Source: Zancudomyces culisetae HAW-14-8
Taxonomy: Eukaryota > Fungi > Kickxellomycota
DNA: 64,000 bases
Assembly: GCA_052426225.1 (NCBI GenBank)
Contig: JBNJNM010000011.1
Span: 3,844,001-3,908,000, forward strand
Reading direction: 5' to 3'
In this document: in pieces, positions 48,101 through 59,966 of the stretch
Position numbering within the stretch: position 1 is the first letter of the stretch
How the letters are laid out: the number at the start of each line of letters is the position of its first letter
Notes under the pieces: model-generated
Databases searched by the model: none
The model's input: the letters and a program-made list of their open reading frames with translations, nothing else
Told to the model about the DNA's origin: nothing
Made by a program: the position numbers and the translations under genes

Positions 48101-48461
48101 GTAATATCATCGTCTTGTCATTAAACGCCTCCTTCACCAACTCAAAAAACGTTGCCGAGATGCTTTCTGGCAATTCGTTACGCCCAAAGTACTTTCTGCG
48201 TATCGCAAACTTCCCAGCCCCACTAATCTCTGCAGCACTCAGTTCTCCAACTTGGGAGTTACCTGTTAGCAGCTCATCATTTCTTAACCCGAATGTGGGA
48301 TCTACCAGTAGCTTTTGACAAAGGCCTTCAATCCCTCCAAGCTTTTTGAGCGATTGGGGATCCTTTGGATCCAGCATGTTGGTAAGGTACTCTGGTCGAA
48401 CGCCGAAGTTTTTAACGACTTCGATCCGCTGATCCAAAAGCGGTGTGGTTTCGGATTCCAT
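45153..48461 (-). CDS. PMC1: P2B (PMCA-type) Ca2+-transporting P-type ATPase, vacuolar Pmc1-like
   Basis: DESSATGES, VVAVPEGLP, CETMGGATAVCTDKTGTLT, KGASE, MITGDN, TGDGTNDAPALK, FLQFQLTVN and WVNMIMDT. 1102 aa. Confidence 0.96.
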   Translation of the reverse strand: MESETTPLLDQRIEVVKNFGVRPEYLTNMLDPKDPQSLKKLGGIEGLCQKLLVDPTFGLRNDELLTGNSQVGELSAAEISGAGKFAIRRKYFGRNELPESISATFFELVKEAFNDKTMILLSVAALISLLVGIYEDYYGGHKDDPVKVGWVEGVAIMAAVAVVCFTNAINDYNKEKQFRKLNAKKEDRNVKVLRDGREEEVGVHDLVVGDVLLIEPGDIMAVDGVYLSGHEVVCDESSATGESDAIKKGTLDEEGRDPFVLSGAKVLSGVGRVVVVAVGKNSFYGKIMMAMRGGGSGATAETPLQKKLDTLSEEIAKYGISAAGLLFMSLLLKYLMQSALLDEFPPAEEVFSHIVNIAIECITVVVVAVPEGLPMAVTIALAYATTQMIKDGNLVRQLAACETMGGATAVCTDKTGTLTQNRMTVVRASAAEMEMESSDEAVAFMTKLPEKVSELINEGSAVNSAAFEGTNEHGRIEFIGSKSECALLEFIKRCGADYRNLRAAHEPLFVWPFSSEKKYMATVVAGAYESEVRLHVKGASEIVLANCTHVLDGNGQTIAMTQAMRVELERNIYRYARKALRTFALAFRTMPHDTAFDPENAPIAQLTWISLMGIMDPLRPSVIDSVADCHRAGVFVRMITGDNIETAEAIAKNAGILTKGGRSITGPEWRALSPEAQHQLLPRLQVMARSSPLDKQILVARLQERDEVVAMTGDGTNDAPALKMADVGFSMGIAGTEVAKEASDIILMDDNFSSIVQALKWGRAVNVSVRKFLQFQLTVNITAVLLTFISSLVSSSGESVLTAVQLLWVNMIMDTLAALALATEGPTAHLLERLPIPKNASLITFEMWRMITIEAAFQVAVNLVLLNKGHALFKLPHTPEGNRVLGTIIFNTFVFLQVFNELNCRRIAPSQFNLLENILHDHGFLYVQLCIVVLQYLIVTYGGLAFSTTPLTGSQWIATILIGSLSVPVGLLVRTLPDFGVCFGLQRTESAEQQHRPTITRSEMNRTQAAKDVKNVLKFFSRVRSSMKASKEASATAVTYPSQEAAGSSERNQLLPNTTATSSANDTSSVTQSPLLYSATTSAATASLVGKLATKYRKNDSQ

Positions 48462-50787
48462 GTTTTTTGTTTTGATACCTTCCTTTGTATTTTTTTTTGC
48501 TTTAGTATTTCACACTTTTTTTTTAAGGATGGTTCGGATTTTTGAAGTTGATTTATGGATCCTTGCTCTTTTTTCGTGAAGCGTTATGATAAGTTTAGTA
48601 AATTAAATTTCGTGGTATTACCTTGCTTTGGTTTTTTAGAGATATCTGTATTTCAAAAAAAAAGAAGAATATAACTAAAGTGGTAATTTGATCCTAGGTT
48701 TCACACTTGCAAAAAGTATACACTATAGACACTTTCGGAGCTGTTTTAAATTAGGAGTAAAGTGAAGGCTGCTAGCTTATATAACCAAAGCATTGGCATT
48801 TTAGTGCTCAAAATATCTCCTTTTTTTAATTCTACTCTCTTCCCCCCCTTTTTTCAAAAATACGACACAATTAATAGCACGTAATTCCAACCAATTTGTA
48901 TAAATTCGCACTACCAAAACATTTTACAAACCCAATGAAGTTTGTTTTCATTTTTTAATCAGAAATAGTGAAGCATCTCTCCAGAAATATGAATAATACA
49001 CATTCATTGTATTTCAAAAATGAGCAAAGAAAAAAGGCGGGGATAAAGTCTATAGCAAAACAAGCAACTTTGTCTTTGTTTTTTATTTGCACAAATTACA
49101 GAATATCACATAAATAGTTTTTTTCTGTTTTTTTCCGCGGCCACAACAAGGCTACACGTTTTGGATAGCAGCTGAAATCTGAATTTGAACTCCGATTTGG
49201 ATAGGTATTTTTATTTTCCCATCAGTTTCAGTATCTCCTGATCGCTAAAAATTACCGCAATCTCAAGCCAAGAAAAGTATTGGCTGTTACAATTAAAGAT
49301 TGGATGAGCTGATTGATTTATTTGCAAGGATGGTCCAATACAAACAGTCTACTCTCCGGCATTTTGGCGCTGTTTATATACAGCGGCAGAGCTCTGTTCG
49401 CTTAATTCATTTTATAACTTTTGCTCAGTGTTTCAGGAGCAAAGCAGACATAGGAAGGTTTGAGTGTTATTTCCGCTAGTATTGGCATTTATCCTTTGCT
49501 TCCAAAAATATTTTAGCTTATTACCCACTAGGTATTAATATACAAACAGATACTCAAATATCCGTATATGTGTATTTTAAAGCACCTACCCTCCGAACCA
49601 GGTATGCCAATTAGGTGACTTGACAGTTAATGTATTGCATTATTACTATAAACCACCTAGCGCTACTCCCTCTTGACACTACCACCTAATTTCCGAATAC
49701 GCGTTCCTCTAGTAAATACGTGTTACTACCACTTGTTACCACCACAGTAAGAAATGAGTTGGCATGAAAAAAAAACTACCGCTTGCTGGAAATCATGCTT
49801 TTTTGTGGAAGGCCATTTATTAGTATACTTAGTAGCTAATCAACCTGAAGTAACAAATTGTTACAGTGCTGCACAAACTGTACATCTGTACTAATAAGCA
49901 TGAGTAAGGTAGCGAGCATATCTGCCCATAATGAGATGGTACTCAATTATGTCCCTCCGCTTGGTGGCCCATCACCAAAAACAAACTCTTATCTCTAAAC
50001 TTTATCGTTTTTTCATAATATATATTTTTTACTACGGTTGTTAATGACCAAAATGATAAAATGTATAGTCGATACCTCAAGTAAAAATATTAAATTATCT
50101 TGTATTTCGCAATGGTGTTTTTCTGGCACTTGTGTTTACATGTAACACCAGTTAATTGTTGAAATATTGTTATTCTTGATATATTTGGAAAATTAAAAAC
50201 GAGACTTGCAGATTCGCGACTTGGATTTTTATCTTAAATTCCATAATTTAGTTAGACGAATAAAATCTTTGCAACAGGTTTTTCACCAAAAAAAATAAAA
50301 GGGAAAAAGAAAAAAAAATCAGAATACCGCAAAAATCTGTAACAAAACAAAACAAAAAAAACAAAACAAAAAGGGAAAACAAAACAAAAAAGTAAGAGTC
50401 ATTCGCTACTTTTCTCCCAAGTGGTGTATAGCTTACAGGAACTCGCGGGGGCTGACTTTGCGGTTTGGGTTGATTAGCTCAAAAAAAATTTTCACCCAAT
50501 TCATGATAAATATTATTACAATAAACAAAATATTGTAACAAACTCGGTACATGTATACAAAAAAAAATTGTTTCATAATTAACATTAATATACATAATTT
50601 AATTATACAAAAAATAGATAAAGATGGAGCCCGAAAATGAAAATATACCAAGGTATGTGCTAAATAATAGGCCAATCTAACTAAAACACATTTATTTATT
50701 CTATTTGAACTTGACAAATCGCGTACTTTAATTCAAGTTAAAAGTACTGAATGAGTAATCCAAATAAACATATAAATTACAATTTAC

Positions 50788-51924
50788 ATGGAAAATAGCA
50801 AGCGAATGCTTGAACATGATACCGAAAGTCTGGCAAAAAAGACTAAAATGGAGGACATCTTGTCCAAAGATGATAAGCGTAGTGCGGTAAACATTTTACG
50901 AGCAATACGGACACATCGCGATGCGGGGCCATTTATGGAAGCTGTGGATCCTGTAGCACTGCAGATTCCAGATTATCCAATGATTATTAAACGACCTATG
51001 GATTTTGGGACGATTGGAGCGAAATTAAATGCGAGTGGAGGCGAGGGCGGCGGTGAAGAGAGAACAGATGTTGCGCCATACAGCTCCTTTGAGGAATTTG
51101 TTCGAGACGTGCGGTTGGTGTTTAGCAATTGCTATTTGTATAACGGGAAAGAATCGGAAATATCAAAGATGGCAAAGAATATAGAAAAGATATTTGACGG
51201 ATTACTATCCAAAAGAAAGCCATTGTCAACGACTACAATCCCAGGCTCCACAACCGCACATATAGGTGGGCAAGCCGCAGGAGAGATGTTGATGGGAGAG
51301 GAAAAAGAAAAGGAAAATGGTGCAGGAGGTGGTGGTGGGTTGAGGGGATGTCATACAATTATCAAAGAACTCTTCAAAAAGCAATATGCGAATGTTGCAT
51401 TTTATTTCTACGAACCGGTTGACTACAAAGCACTGAATATCCCATCATACCCAAAAATTATCAAGAATCCAATGGATCTCGGCACCGTAAAAACCAAACT
51501 CGCTTCAGGAGCATACAAAACTCCGTCTGATTTTCATTCTGACGTTCTTTTGATCTTCACTAACTGCTACAAATTCAATCCACCAAACCATCCAGTCCAT
51601 CAGGCCGGGAAGGACCTCGAAAAGGTTTTTAACGCCAAATGGGCTGCTATGTATCCAGACCTTGCCACCTCAAGTCACGACGTCGAAATGGACAAAACTG
51701 GAGGCGCAAGTGCGAATGATTTGTCAATTGACCAGAAACGCGAACTGTCGGTGGTGATTGAGACTCTTCCACCAGAGCGCCTGGTGGTTGCATTAGAGAT
51801 TATCCAGAGTGGCTACCCTGAAATGATTGAAGAAAAAGAAGAAATTGAGCTAGACATTGACGTGCTAGATAAAAAGGCTCTGAAAAAACTGTATGATTAT
51901 GTAGTCTTGGATATCGGTGTTTAA
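50788..51924 (+). CDS. BDF1: Compact BET protein (two bromodomains plus ET domain)
   Basis: BD1 PFMEAVDP..PDY..IKRPMD..NCYLYN; BD2 FYEPVD..KNPMDLGTV..NCYKFN; ET QKRELS..EIELDIDVL..LYDYV. Confidence 0.92.
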   Translation: MENSKRMLEHDTESLAKKTKMEDILSKDDKRSAVNILRAIRTHRDAGPFMEAVDPVALQIPDYPMIIKRPMDFGTIGAKLNASGGEGGGEERTDVAPYSSFEEFVRDVRLVFSNCYLYNGKESEISKMAKNIEKIFDGLLSKRKPLSTTTIPGSTTAHIGGQAAGEMLMGEEKEKENGAGGGGGLRGCHTIIKELFKKQYANVAFYFYEPVDYKALNIPSYPKIIKNPMDLGTVKTKLASGAYKTPSDFHSDVLLIFTNCYKFNPPNHPVHQAGKDLEKVFNAKWAAMYPDLATSSHDVEMDKTGGASANDLSIDQKRELSVVIETLPPERLVVALEIIQSGYPEMIEEKEEIELDIDVLDKKALKKLYDYVVLDIGV

Positions 51925-52085
51925 TAAACCTTCAAATTAAAATTTTATATATAAATTTTTTTGATTATATATACACACATGTAAACATTCAACTCGTTAT
52001 ATTTATTTTACGTTTCTTGCTTTAAACCAAAAAGAAACCGCTAAAAGCTACTATGAAATAACATAACCACTAAAATAAACAAAAA

Positions 52086-54507
52086 TTATTTTTTCATCCA
52101 GTTAAACTCCAACACTTTTTTGGATTTTTTTCCATCAACTGGCGCTGGGTTTTTCTCGATAATACAGTTGATCACAAAGATAAATGGATCTTGTATCTGT
52201 GTTTTCGCGACAGTGCTGGTGTTGGCATTTGCGTAGAACTTTTCAACTCCCCTGAAAGACTCCTCAAGAGCAAGCTGCAAGTCGTTCTGTGAAGCTACAA
52301 AGTATCCCTTGACGCGTTTGGAATCTCGTGCCGCTCCATTTGGATTAGTTGACAAAAGCGAAGAATGACCCAGGGATTCAGCAAACAGATCGTATCGCAG
52401 ACTATCCGACAACGAAGTTGGTGGCAAAAGCGGTACATGGTCAATTTTTTGCTGGTGGTGATTCTCTTGTTGTTCTTTTGAGTCAGCGTCATCCTCATCG
52501 TCATCATGTCCAAAATAAATTCCGCTATTATTAATCACAATTGCCACGAATGGGATGCGGTACCGCGCAGCTGTTTCGATTTCTACTGCGCTGAAACCAA
52601 ATGCCGAATCACCAAAAATTCCCAACAGGATTTTTTGATTTTTCGCAAGGGAGCTGTCGTTCCCAAGGTTCTGATAGTGGTAATAGAGGTATGACGCGAT
52701 CATGTATCCAAACCCAACCCCCATTGTTCCAAATGTCCCAGCGTCCAACCGCGTCCGTGGCTCTACAAAATCAAATACAGTGCGCCCAATGTCCATTGTA
52801 TTTGCACCTTCTGTCACCATCACAACGCGCTGCTGTCCTGATTCAAAGTCGACATTAAATTGATCATATACTTGTTTGATCACCCCAAAAGCATGGTAGT
52901 AGCTCATCAGCTTATGAGAATGGTTACTCTCATCGCCATCATTGTTGGAATAGGTTATTTTTTGTGCTAGTCGGGCACCAGCCTTGGACTTGTTCTTTGA
53001 GCTTATAACCTCTATTTCCTGCAAATACTCTTGGTTCCAGGACAGCTTAAGTTGGTTATCAAGTTCGCCGGATTCATTTTGGCCAGCGATACTATTGTCC
53101 TGCGATATTGCTTTTGCACCTTTTGTTTTTTGTTGCTTAGAAATAACAGACTCTAACAACATTCCAATCGTATCTTTCAGATCACCAACAACGTATTCCA
53201 CATTCGTTTCTTCGTCCCCATCACCACTATTTCCAGATACAGCGTCAAAGACATACACTTTCGCGTCATTAGCAAACCGTCTCCCACCATGTAAAATCCA
53301 GTTAAGTCTCGCACCAACCACTAATACCACATTTGCCTGTTGCAATACAAAACTACGCGCTGCAGATGCATTTTTGCTACCATAATCTGTGACACCACCG
53401 GTACTGCAGCCATTATCTGTGCCAATATCGGGGATCACGCCTTTTCCCATCGGTGTTGGCAGGAATGGAAGCTGTGCGAGCTTAACCAGTTGTTTAAGGG
53501 GAGTTTCAGTACGTGAAACGGCAGCACCTTTGCCCACAATAAGCAATGGCTTAATGTCATAGTTTGTGCTCGACAAAAGTGAGGCGATCTTATCAACTTG
53601 TTCCCTTACCTCTTTACAAAGTGTTTCATGCGCCTTGTTGGCATTCTGATTGCTGTTGCTGTACGATTCTGGCCCCAAGCCCGAATAATCAATTAGTCGC
53701 TGTTCTACTCGCATAGTAATCAGCACGTCTGTTAAATCAACATAGGAGGGCCCTGGAACTCCACTAATGGCCGCTTGAAAGGCAGCTGACATGACACTTC
53801 CAACCTCAGAAATAGATGTTGGTCGTGCAACATACTTGCAGTATGGTCTGCAGAGCTCCAATTGATCAAGCTCTTGAAAGTTTAGGCCCCTGTATATTCC
53901 ACTTCCATCACCACTTTTACCGCTATTTTTGGCGTTAAAAGTCGAACCTCCAAGCACGACCATGGGCCATCGGTTTGCATACGCATTAACCAACCCGCTA
54001 AGCGCATTCACTACACCAGGACCCGAAACAACCAAGCACACACCTGGTTGTTTTCCGCTTTGGTATCCTATACACGTATAAACAGTTAGTACGATGCTGT
54101 TGCCACCGAAAAAAAGAAAAAGAAACAAAAAGAAACAAAAAGAAACAAAAAAAAACAGATTGTTATTAATGCATAGCTTTTGATATGTAACATTTTATAC
54201 ATCACTGACCCCATGCCGAAGCCGCATAGCTTGCTGACTGTTCGTTCCGGAATCCAATGAACCGGATTCCATGGTTGACACATTCGTCGCCAATCTATTT
54301 TCGGAACTTCTTTTTAGTAACACTCAAAAATAACGACAACATACGTTTTGCGTTACAAAGTTATAGAGTAGGGAAGAGGGAAATGCAATTTACTTGAACT
54401 ATGGGGATTCCAACTATTCCGAAGACCACCTTTACGCCTAACAATTTAAGAGTGTTGGCAATGACTTGGGCGCCTGTTACATACTCTGTTGTTTCTGGTT
54501 GTTCCAT
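52086..54507 (-). CDS. HACL1: 2-hydroxyacyl-CoA lyase (ThDP-dependent), 3 exons
   Basis: Exons 54507-54394, 54294-54210, 54067-52086. Motifs VFGIVGIP, GFRNEQSASYAA, VCLVVSGPG, LPTPMGKG, GARLNWILH, EGANTMDIGR, RLDAGTFGTMGVG and ThDP motif GDSAFGFS..NN. Confidence 0.94.
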
Positions 54508-55021
54508 TATCAACGTCTTATTTGCATTTGATGGAGTTTGTTTTGTTGTGTTTTTTTTAGTAAAAAAGTAAACCAGAAAAAAAAGTCGTCTGTAATAGTA
54601 TTGTTATACCAGAACTGCTTTTAAGTATTCGGTTCTTTAATTTTTTTATTCACTATTTGTGTGAAACATTGCAACAGTGAAATTGGATAACATTGGAGGT
54701 TTCATGTGAAATCTAAACTGCTTAAAGCAAACTTTGCCGAATCAATCCAGTTACCAATAAATTGAAAGGAATATGAGTGATATATTGCGCTATTTGTTGT
54801 CATCGGCTTCTCCATACTGGATAGTAGGCTACTGTAAACATAAGAAAGTGCAAAAGTCTGCAAAAAATAAAAATAAAAATAAGAATGAGGAGAGCGAGCG
54901 ATCGTGGTAAAAAAAAATAGTCACAAGTGTTATTATGGATTGCGCCATAAATATTAAATAGTTAGTAATCAGGACGTAAAAATAAAGGGGAAATACAAGG
55001 GGATGAATATTTGAAAGGGTA

Positions 55022-58000
55022 TTACAAAATTAGCAAAATGGTTCTGCGATGATCAACAGGTAAAGAGTGTACCAAGCAGTCCAAAAATACACGTCGGGCT
55101 ATCTGCTTATCGTCTTCATAACCATGCTCATTGTCATTTCTTTCCTTATCGCCTTCAACGCTATTCGCCAATGTCGGTGAGAGTGGATGAGAGGACGACG
55201 AAAGTAAAGCACTCGAGAAGTCATGATCGGTTATTCCAAGCAAATTTTTTATTGTCACTATACAGCCTACTGCCGCATTTCGCACAGATAAGCTTTTTTT
55301 ATATATAGCTGATCGCACCAAAATGGGCATCCACATGGTCTCTAGTTGAGTGCTAGTAGTATGTATCTCGGGATATAAGCCCAAAAATACCGAGAATAGA
55401 TCCAGCAGAGCAGAAAGCACACGAGTGGAATGCAGAATGCGGGATGGATCTAGATCCTGATCGTATTTGTGATCACTTGTACTATTGGGGAATGGAATCC
55501 TGGAAAACGAATCACAGAAAAATTCAAAAACAAGGTTATGATCCAGTGTAGTTACAAAAGAGAGTAGTAAATGATCGGCAGTGCCGCGGATAAACTCTGA
55601 GTAGGAGTCCGCACCTTCAATGAATCGATACCTCAAGACTTCCCAAACAGCTTTGCGCAGTGCGTTAATGCTTTTGATATCAGCATACTTCTGCTTAACC
55701 ACAATTTTCAGCACTGAGAAACCAAAAATAACACCTTTAGACTCAATTGAGCTGGAGGTGCGTAGAATCTGAGTGGCTATTTCTATGTACATATCCAGTT
55801 GGTCGCTGCTATTACAGTTGCGCAGTTGCCGTTTTGCAATTTTAAACACCTCTTCTTGCTCGTCACCTTCGTTGTCGCTGAAGGCTAACAACGCCTGAAA
55901 AATATCAGCATTATCACCAATGCCATTGTTAATGCTGCTAGGGCTGTTTTGAATTTCAACCTTGTAGTTATTCAAGGTAGCTGCCAGATTAAGCTTTGCT
56001 GCTGGTTGGTCATTGAAATATCTGTTTTCAATGCTACTGTTTTTAGCAAACCCTATATTACGCCTAAATGGTTGTTTGTTTCGTAAACGGCTTTCACTAT
56101 TGCTATTGATCGTACTGTTGCTAGTACTATTTTTACTACTACGACTAATATTACTGGCATTGCTAATGTTACTTTTTGGGCTGCTAAATTTTTCAATAAC
56201 CAAAAAGTTGTCTTGTGAAGATATGCTCCGTGATTTATTGCTGTCACTGCCTATGTTAGTAGCAAGATTTCGGTTATCTTCTCTATAGCTCTCTAATGTC
56301 GACATCAGCCGCTTGCATTCATTTCGGATTGCTGGGTTTTGATCCTGTAGGCCTTTATTTATCAAATCGTTTGTCAAATTTGATTCTAGTATCACCCTGC
56401 CATTGTTACCAAATGTATTGTAATAGGGAAAAGAGGAGCACACAGACATCATACTGCTCAAAATCTCAACAACGCTAAGCCGAAGCGAAGTGTTCTTGCT
56501 GCCAAAATGAACGGTCAACTTTCTGAGTACTTGCTCAGCTATTTTTAACTGTTGTTGTTGTTGTTGTTGCTGTTGTTGTTGTATTACAGTATTTGTTGAT
56601 GACGAAAAAGAAAAAGAAAACGAAAGAACAGAAACGACAACTTGGCACAGAGCTTTGGTTACTGCCTGGTGAACTATCTTTTTGGTTGTTGTGCACAACC
56701 GAATTAGATTGTCAAATACAAACTCTATAATTCCATTTGAAAACATTAGCCTACTCCCTCCAATCTCCGCAAAAAGTTCAATTGTTTGCATACTCAGTGA
56801 TGTCCGTAAGCTGTTTAAACACTTGAGCATTCCCTCGTCGATTTTTCGCAGTTCTCGCGCAAGTTCAGTTGTATACTCTTCCGTGGCATTTCCTGCTACA
56901 ATCTGTCTGAGCCGCTGCACTGCTCTCTCACGACGCTGCCAGTTATCCTCTGTTTCTCTCCCCTCAAAGCTAGTTCCAAATTCCATGATTTCACGCCCAA
57001 CACGCTTTCCTGAGTCGACGTATAATGGTTGTACAGCCCCAAATGTACCACTACTAACACTTCCAGTATTCTCATTCATACCCCTTTTATGATTTGGGGT
57101 TCGCTGTGGGGTTAGAATCCCTCTTTCACTTCCATAGCTATCTGCTCTTACCTCTGCCCGCCTAGTATTCCCTGTTAAATTGGATGTTGTCGTTTGTAAA
57201 TTTGAGACGGGTGTCGGAGTTCGCACTGTTAACGTGTTAGCCATTTTTGTCATTCCAAACATTCCTGTTCCTCCCGACCGTGAGAGTGTTCCTTCTTGTC
57301 TACTCAATGTATTCGATAGCTGCGATTGCGTACGTAGCCCAAACCCACTATTTCTTGATGACGAACGCTGCTGATACTGGTTACGACCTCTCCCAAGACT
57401 CCCACCATATCGCTGCTGGCCTGTAGTAATCTCCTCAATTACATCATTCCTCAGCCCTCGTTTTTGCGTTAGCTTTTCTACAATTTCCTGTCGCAGATCC
57501 GTGTTATCTCGATAGATATCCTGCAATACCATCCGACTGTTCACTCGCACTCCTTCATTAGTGTCTACAAGCTGCGATACTATCAGATCAATGTATTCCC
57601 GTATGGAAAACAAAGGATATCGCTCCTTTGATTCATATACAAAGTCGCACATCATTTCTCTCACCCGTGGTGTTTTGTGTCCGAACCCTCTGCCTACTAT
57701 TTCACGCTTTAGTTCGTCTCTCAAACTTCTTTTGCTTCCAATAGTGTTAATGCTCATATTCCTGAGCTGACTTGTCAATGGCCTTTCTCTTCTTGCTTCT
57801 CCTCCTCCCACATTCTCCCCCGCAGTTAATAAAATGGTCTTATTTTCTACTATATTCCAAATTTTACCCAATAAATATACCGCCTGTGCTCGTACCTCTA
57901 GTTTTCCATCTCCCAGTCGCCCTATAACCGGCTCGATAAAAAATTGTATCAACTGTCGATATAAATGTAGACTATCCAATCTTTCCACCCAATCAATTAC

Positions 58001-58345
58001 CTGTTCTGATGCTTGCATTGCTGCAACACATACCCGGTATTTCGAGGTGTTCAACTCGCGCCCCATTGATAGTATCAACCCCTCAATCACTTTTGTCGAT
58101 ACTGTCCTGTCTTTTTGATACAATATGTTATTTATTTCCTCAATATCCTTGATTTTTTTCTCCATTCCTAATTGTGCGTTAAAAAGTAGCAAATACGATT
58201 AATTTATGGCCATAAAAAACATTATTTTACCTTTCAGATACTAAAATCATCAAAACAAGCAAGTTTAAATGGAAAATACATTACCCCCAGTATCCTGGCT
58301 TAACGACCTCGTTAGGTCATCTATTTTACTCCCGACTTTCATCAT
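55022..58345 (-). CDS. STU1: CLASP/Stu1 microtubule regulator, 2 exons
   Basis: Exon 1 58345-58285, intron 58284-58168, exon 2. TOG-like RLGDGKLEVR and HKTPRVRE; CLASP_N FEGRETEDNW..GNA..SLRTSLS; internal polyQ. Confidence 0.85.
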
Positions 58346-58361
58346 TTTTGGCTTGCGCTTC

Positions 58362-58449
58362 TTTCTTTTAATAACCCAAATTCAACTGTTCGATACAATT
58401 TTTTCTTTTAATAACCCAAATTCAACTGTTCGATACAATTTTTTCTTTT
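58362..58449. repeat. 40-bp tandem duplication upstream of STU1
   Basis: Unit TTTCTTTTAATAACCCAAATTCAACTGTTCGATACAATTT, two identical copies plus a partial third. Confidence 0.9.
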
Positions 58450-59639
58450 TAATAAGTCCAGAAGCTGCATGTTAGCTACAATATGTTACTTTATCACCGC
58501 CTTGAACGTTTGCTCTAGATTCAATATAATGTTGTTTATTTATCTTGATCGTTCTATTTATAGCGGCTGTTATACTTAAATTATTCGTACGCACTGGATA
58601 TCCATTCGAAGGCAGATCATTAACATTGGAATGTTAATGTGTGTCTCAAAGTTAGCTCACCCAATAAGTCAATTCTTGATTTAATTCAATTTATTTTAAT
58701 TTACTTGTCCTTTTAACTTGGTTGACTCTTTTTTCTCTATCATTCAGTCTCAGTAAATAGACACAATTGGTGTTTGACGTTTAAATATAGATACCTCTTA
58801 CAACTTCAGAGCAAACTAGTCTATAGATTATTACCAGCAATTCCATAAAGTACAACAAAATTTATGTGTGCAATTTTACTGAAAACCGACCTGATGTGGC
58901 TCTTCCAATATGAGGTGGGAAATATAAGTACATTAGAAAAAAAATCACTGTCAAAGTGCATCACTAGCTTTTCGTTTTTTTTGCTATATCGAACACTATC
59001 CAGCCAACAAAAAATGATGATTTACAAAATTTTTCCCATTCTTACCAGCAATTTGCCCACTCTTTTTTTTTGTGGTGACCAGGTTTTCGTATTTTTTTTG
59101 TGTGCTAGCCGCCCATTTTGTGTAATCTTTTAGTAGCCTATTGTTTTAATTTTGCAAATTGTAGTTGGAATGTGGTCATTTTGTAAAAAATTGTTGCTCC
59201 AATCTATCAAGCCCACCAATAATATCACATTCAGCGGTGGCATTTGAGTACCGGATGAATTCTCTTCAATTACCCGTTTTCAAGTTTTTTTTTTTTTTGA
59301 ATTCTAGTTACAATTTTACTGCATCATTTCCAGTACTTTCAGTTCTATTTTCCATTTTTGAGTATTTGCTCACTCTACATGGTCCCAATTTTCCGAACAT
59401 TCCACTATAAACTTAATTTTGAATGGTGGTTGCAGTATCTTATTATCTTTTACACCAAAGTAGGGCGCTACCTACATGCATTTCCTTGTTCAATAATTGC
59501 ATTTTTTCCTTACCTATTTAGTATACACTTTCCATATCTAATCATATAGTCATTGTATTTTTTCGCAGCAAATGAGTTTTATGTTAATATTTATTTTACA
59601 GGTATTAGCTTGTTAAAACAGGGTAAAAATAGCAATATA

Positions 59640-59966
59640 TTAAAGACTAACCCTGAAAAAGGCATCTCCCTCCCCAGCATGAATAAGAAAACACATCATG
59701 TTTTTAGTGCCTACTCGGAATACTTTTGACCAACTTGCCAACACCAATGATTCCAAAATGAATATATACTGTGATTTTTTATTTTTTCCCCAATGTTTTT
59801 TAGTCTTGACAATTTATACATTAGCAACTCGATAGAGTACTAATTTCACTACATACACCAATTGCTAGATATGATATTTTATCCGGTTAGTTCATTGCCT
59901 GTTTACCCGTTTTAGTTTAACTTTAATATTAACCAAACCCATGTTCTGATAAAAAATATTGGACAT
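59640..59966 (-). other. Candidate unannotated spliced micro-gene
   Basis: TATA at about 60065-60092, CT-rich leader, AAACATG at 59966, branch CTAAC plus TAG acceptor (59865), 8-nt exon, then an 88-nt GTATGT..CAG intron 59856-59769. Confidence 0.35.

Noticed and set aside
45346-48318. Many 60-160 aa antisense or alternate-frame ORFs inside PMC1 (likewise inside RPN2, the Nox-like gene, HACL1, STU1 and IZH)
   Set aside because: They fully overlap well-supported genes and have no recognisable motifs.
59711-59757. WCWQVGQ peptide resembling the ascomycete alpha-pheromone WCxxxGQ motif
   Set aside because: Single copy with no signal peptide or repeated Kex2-flanked units. Likely coincidence; kept only as one possible frame of the micro-gene finding.
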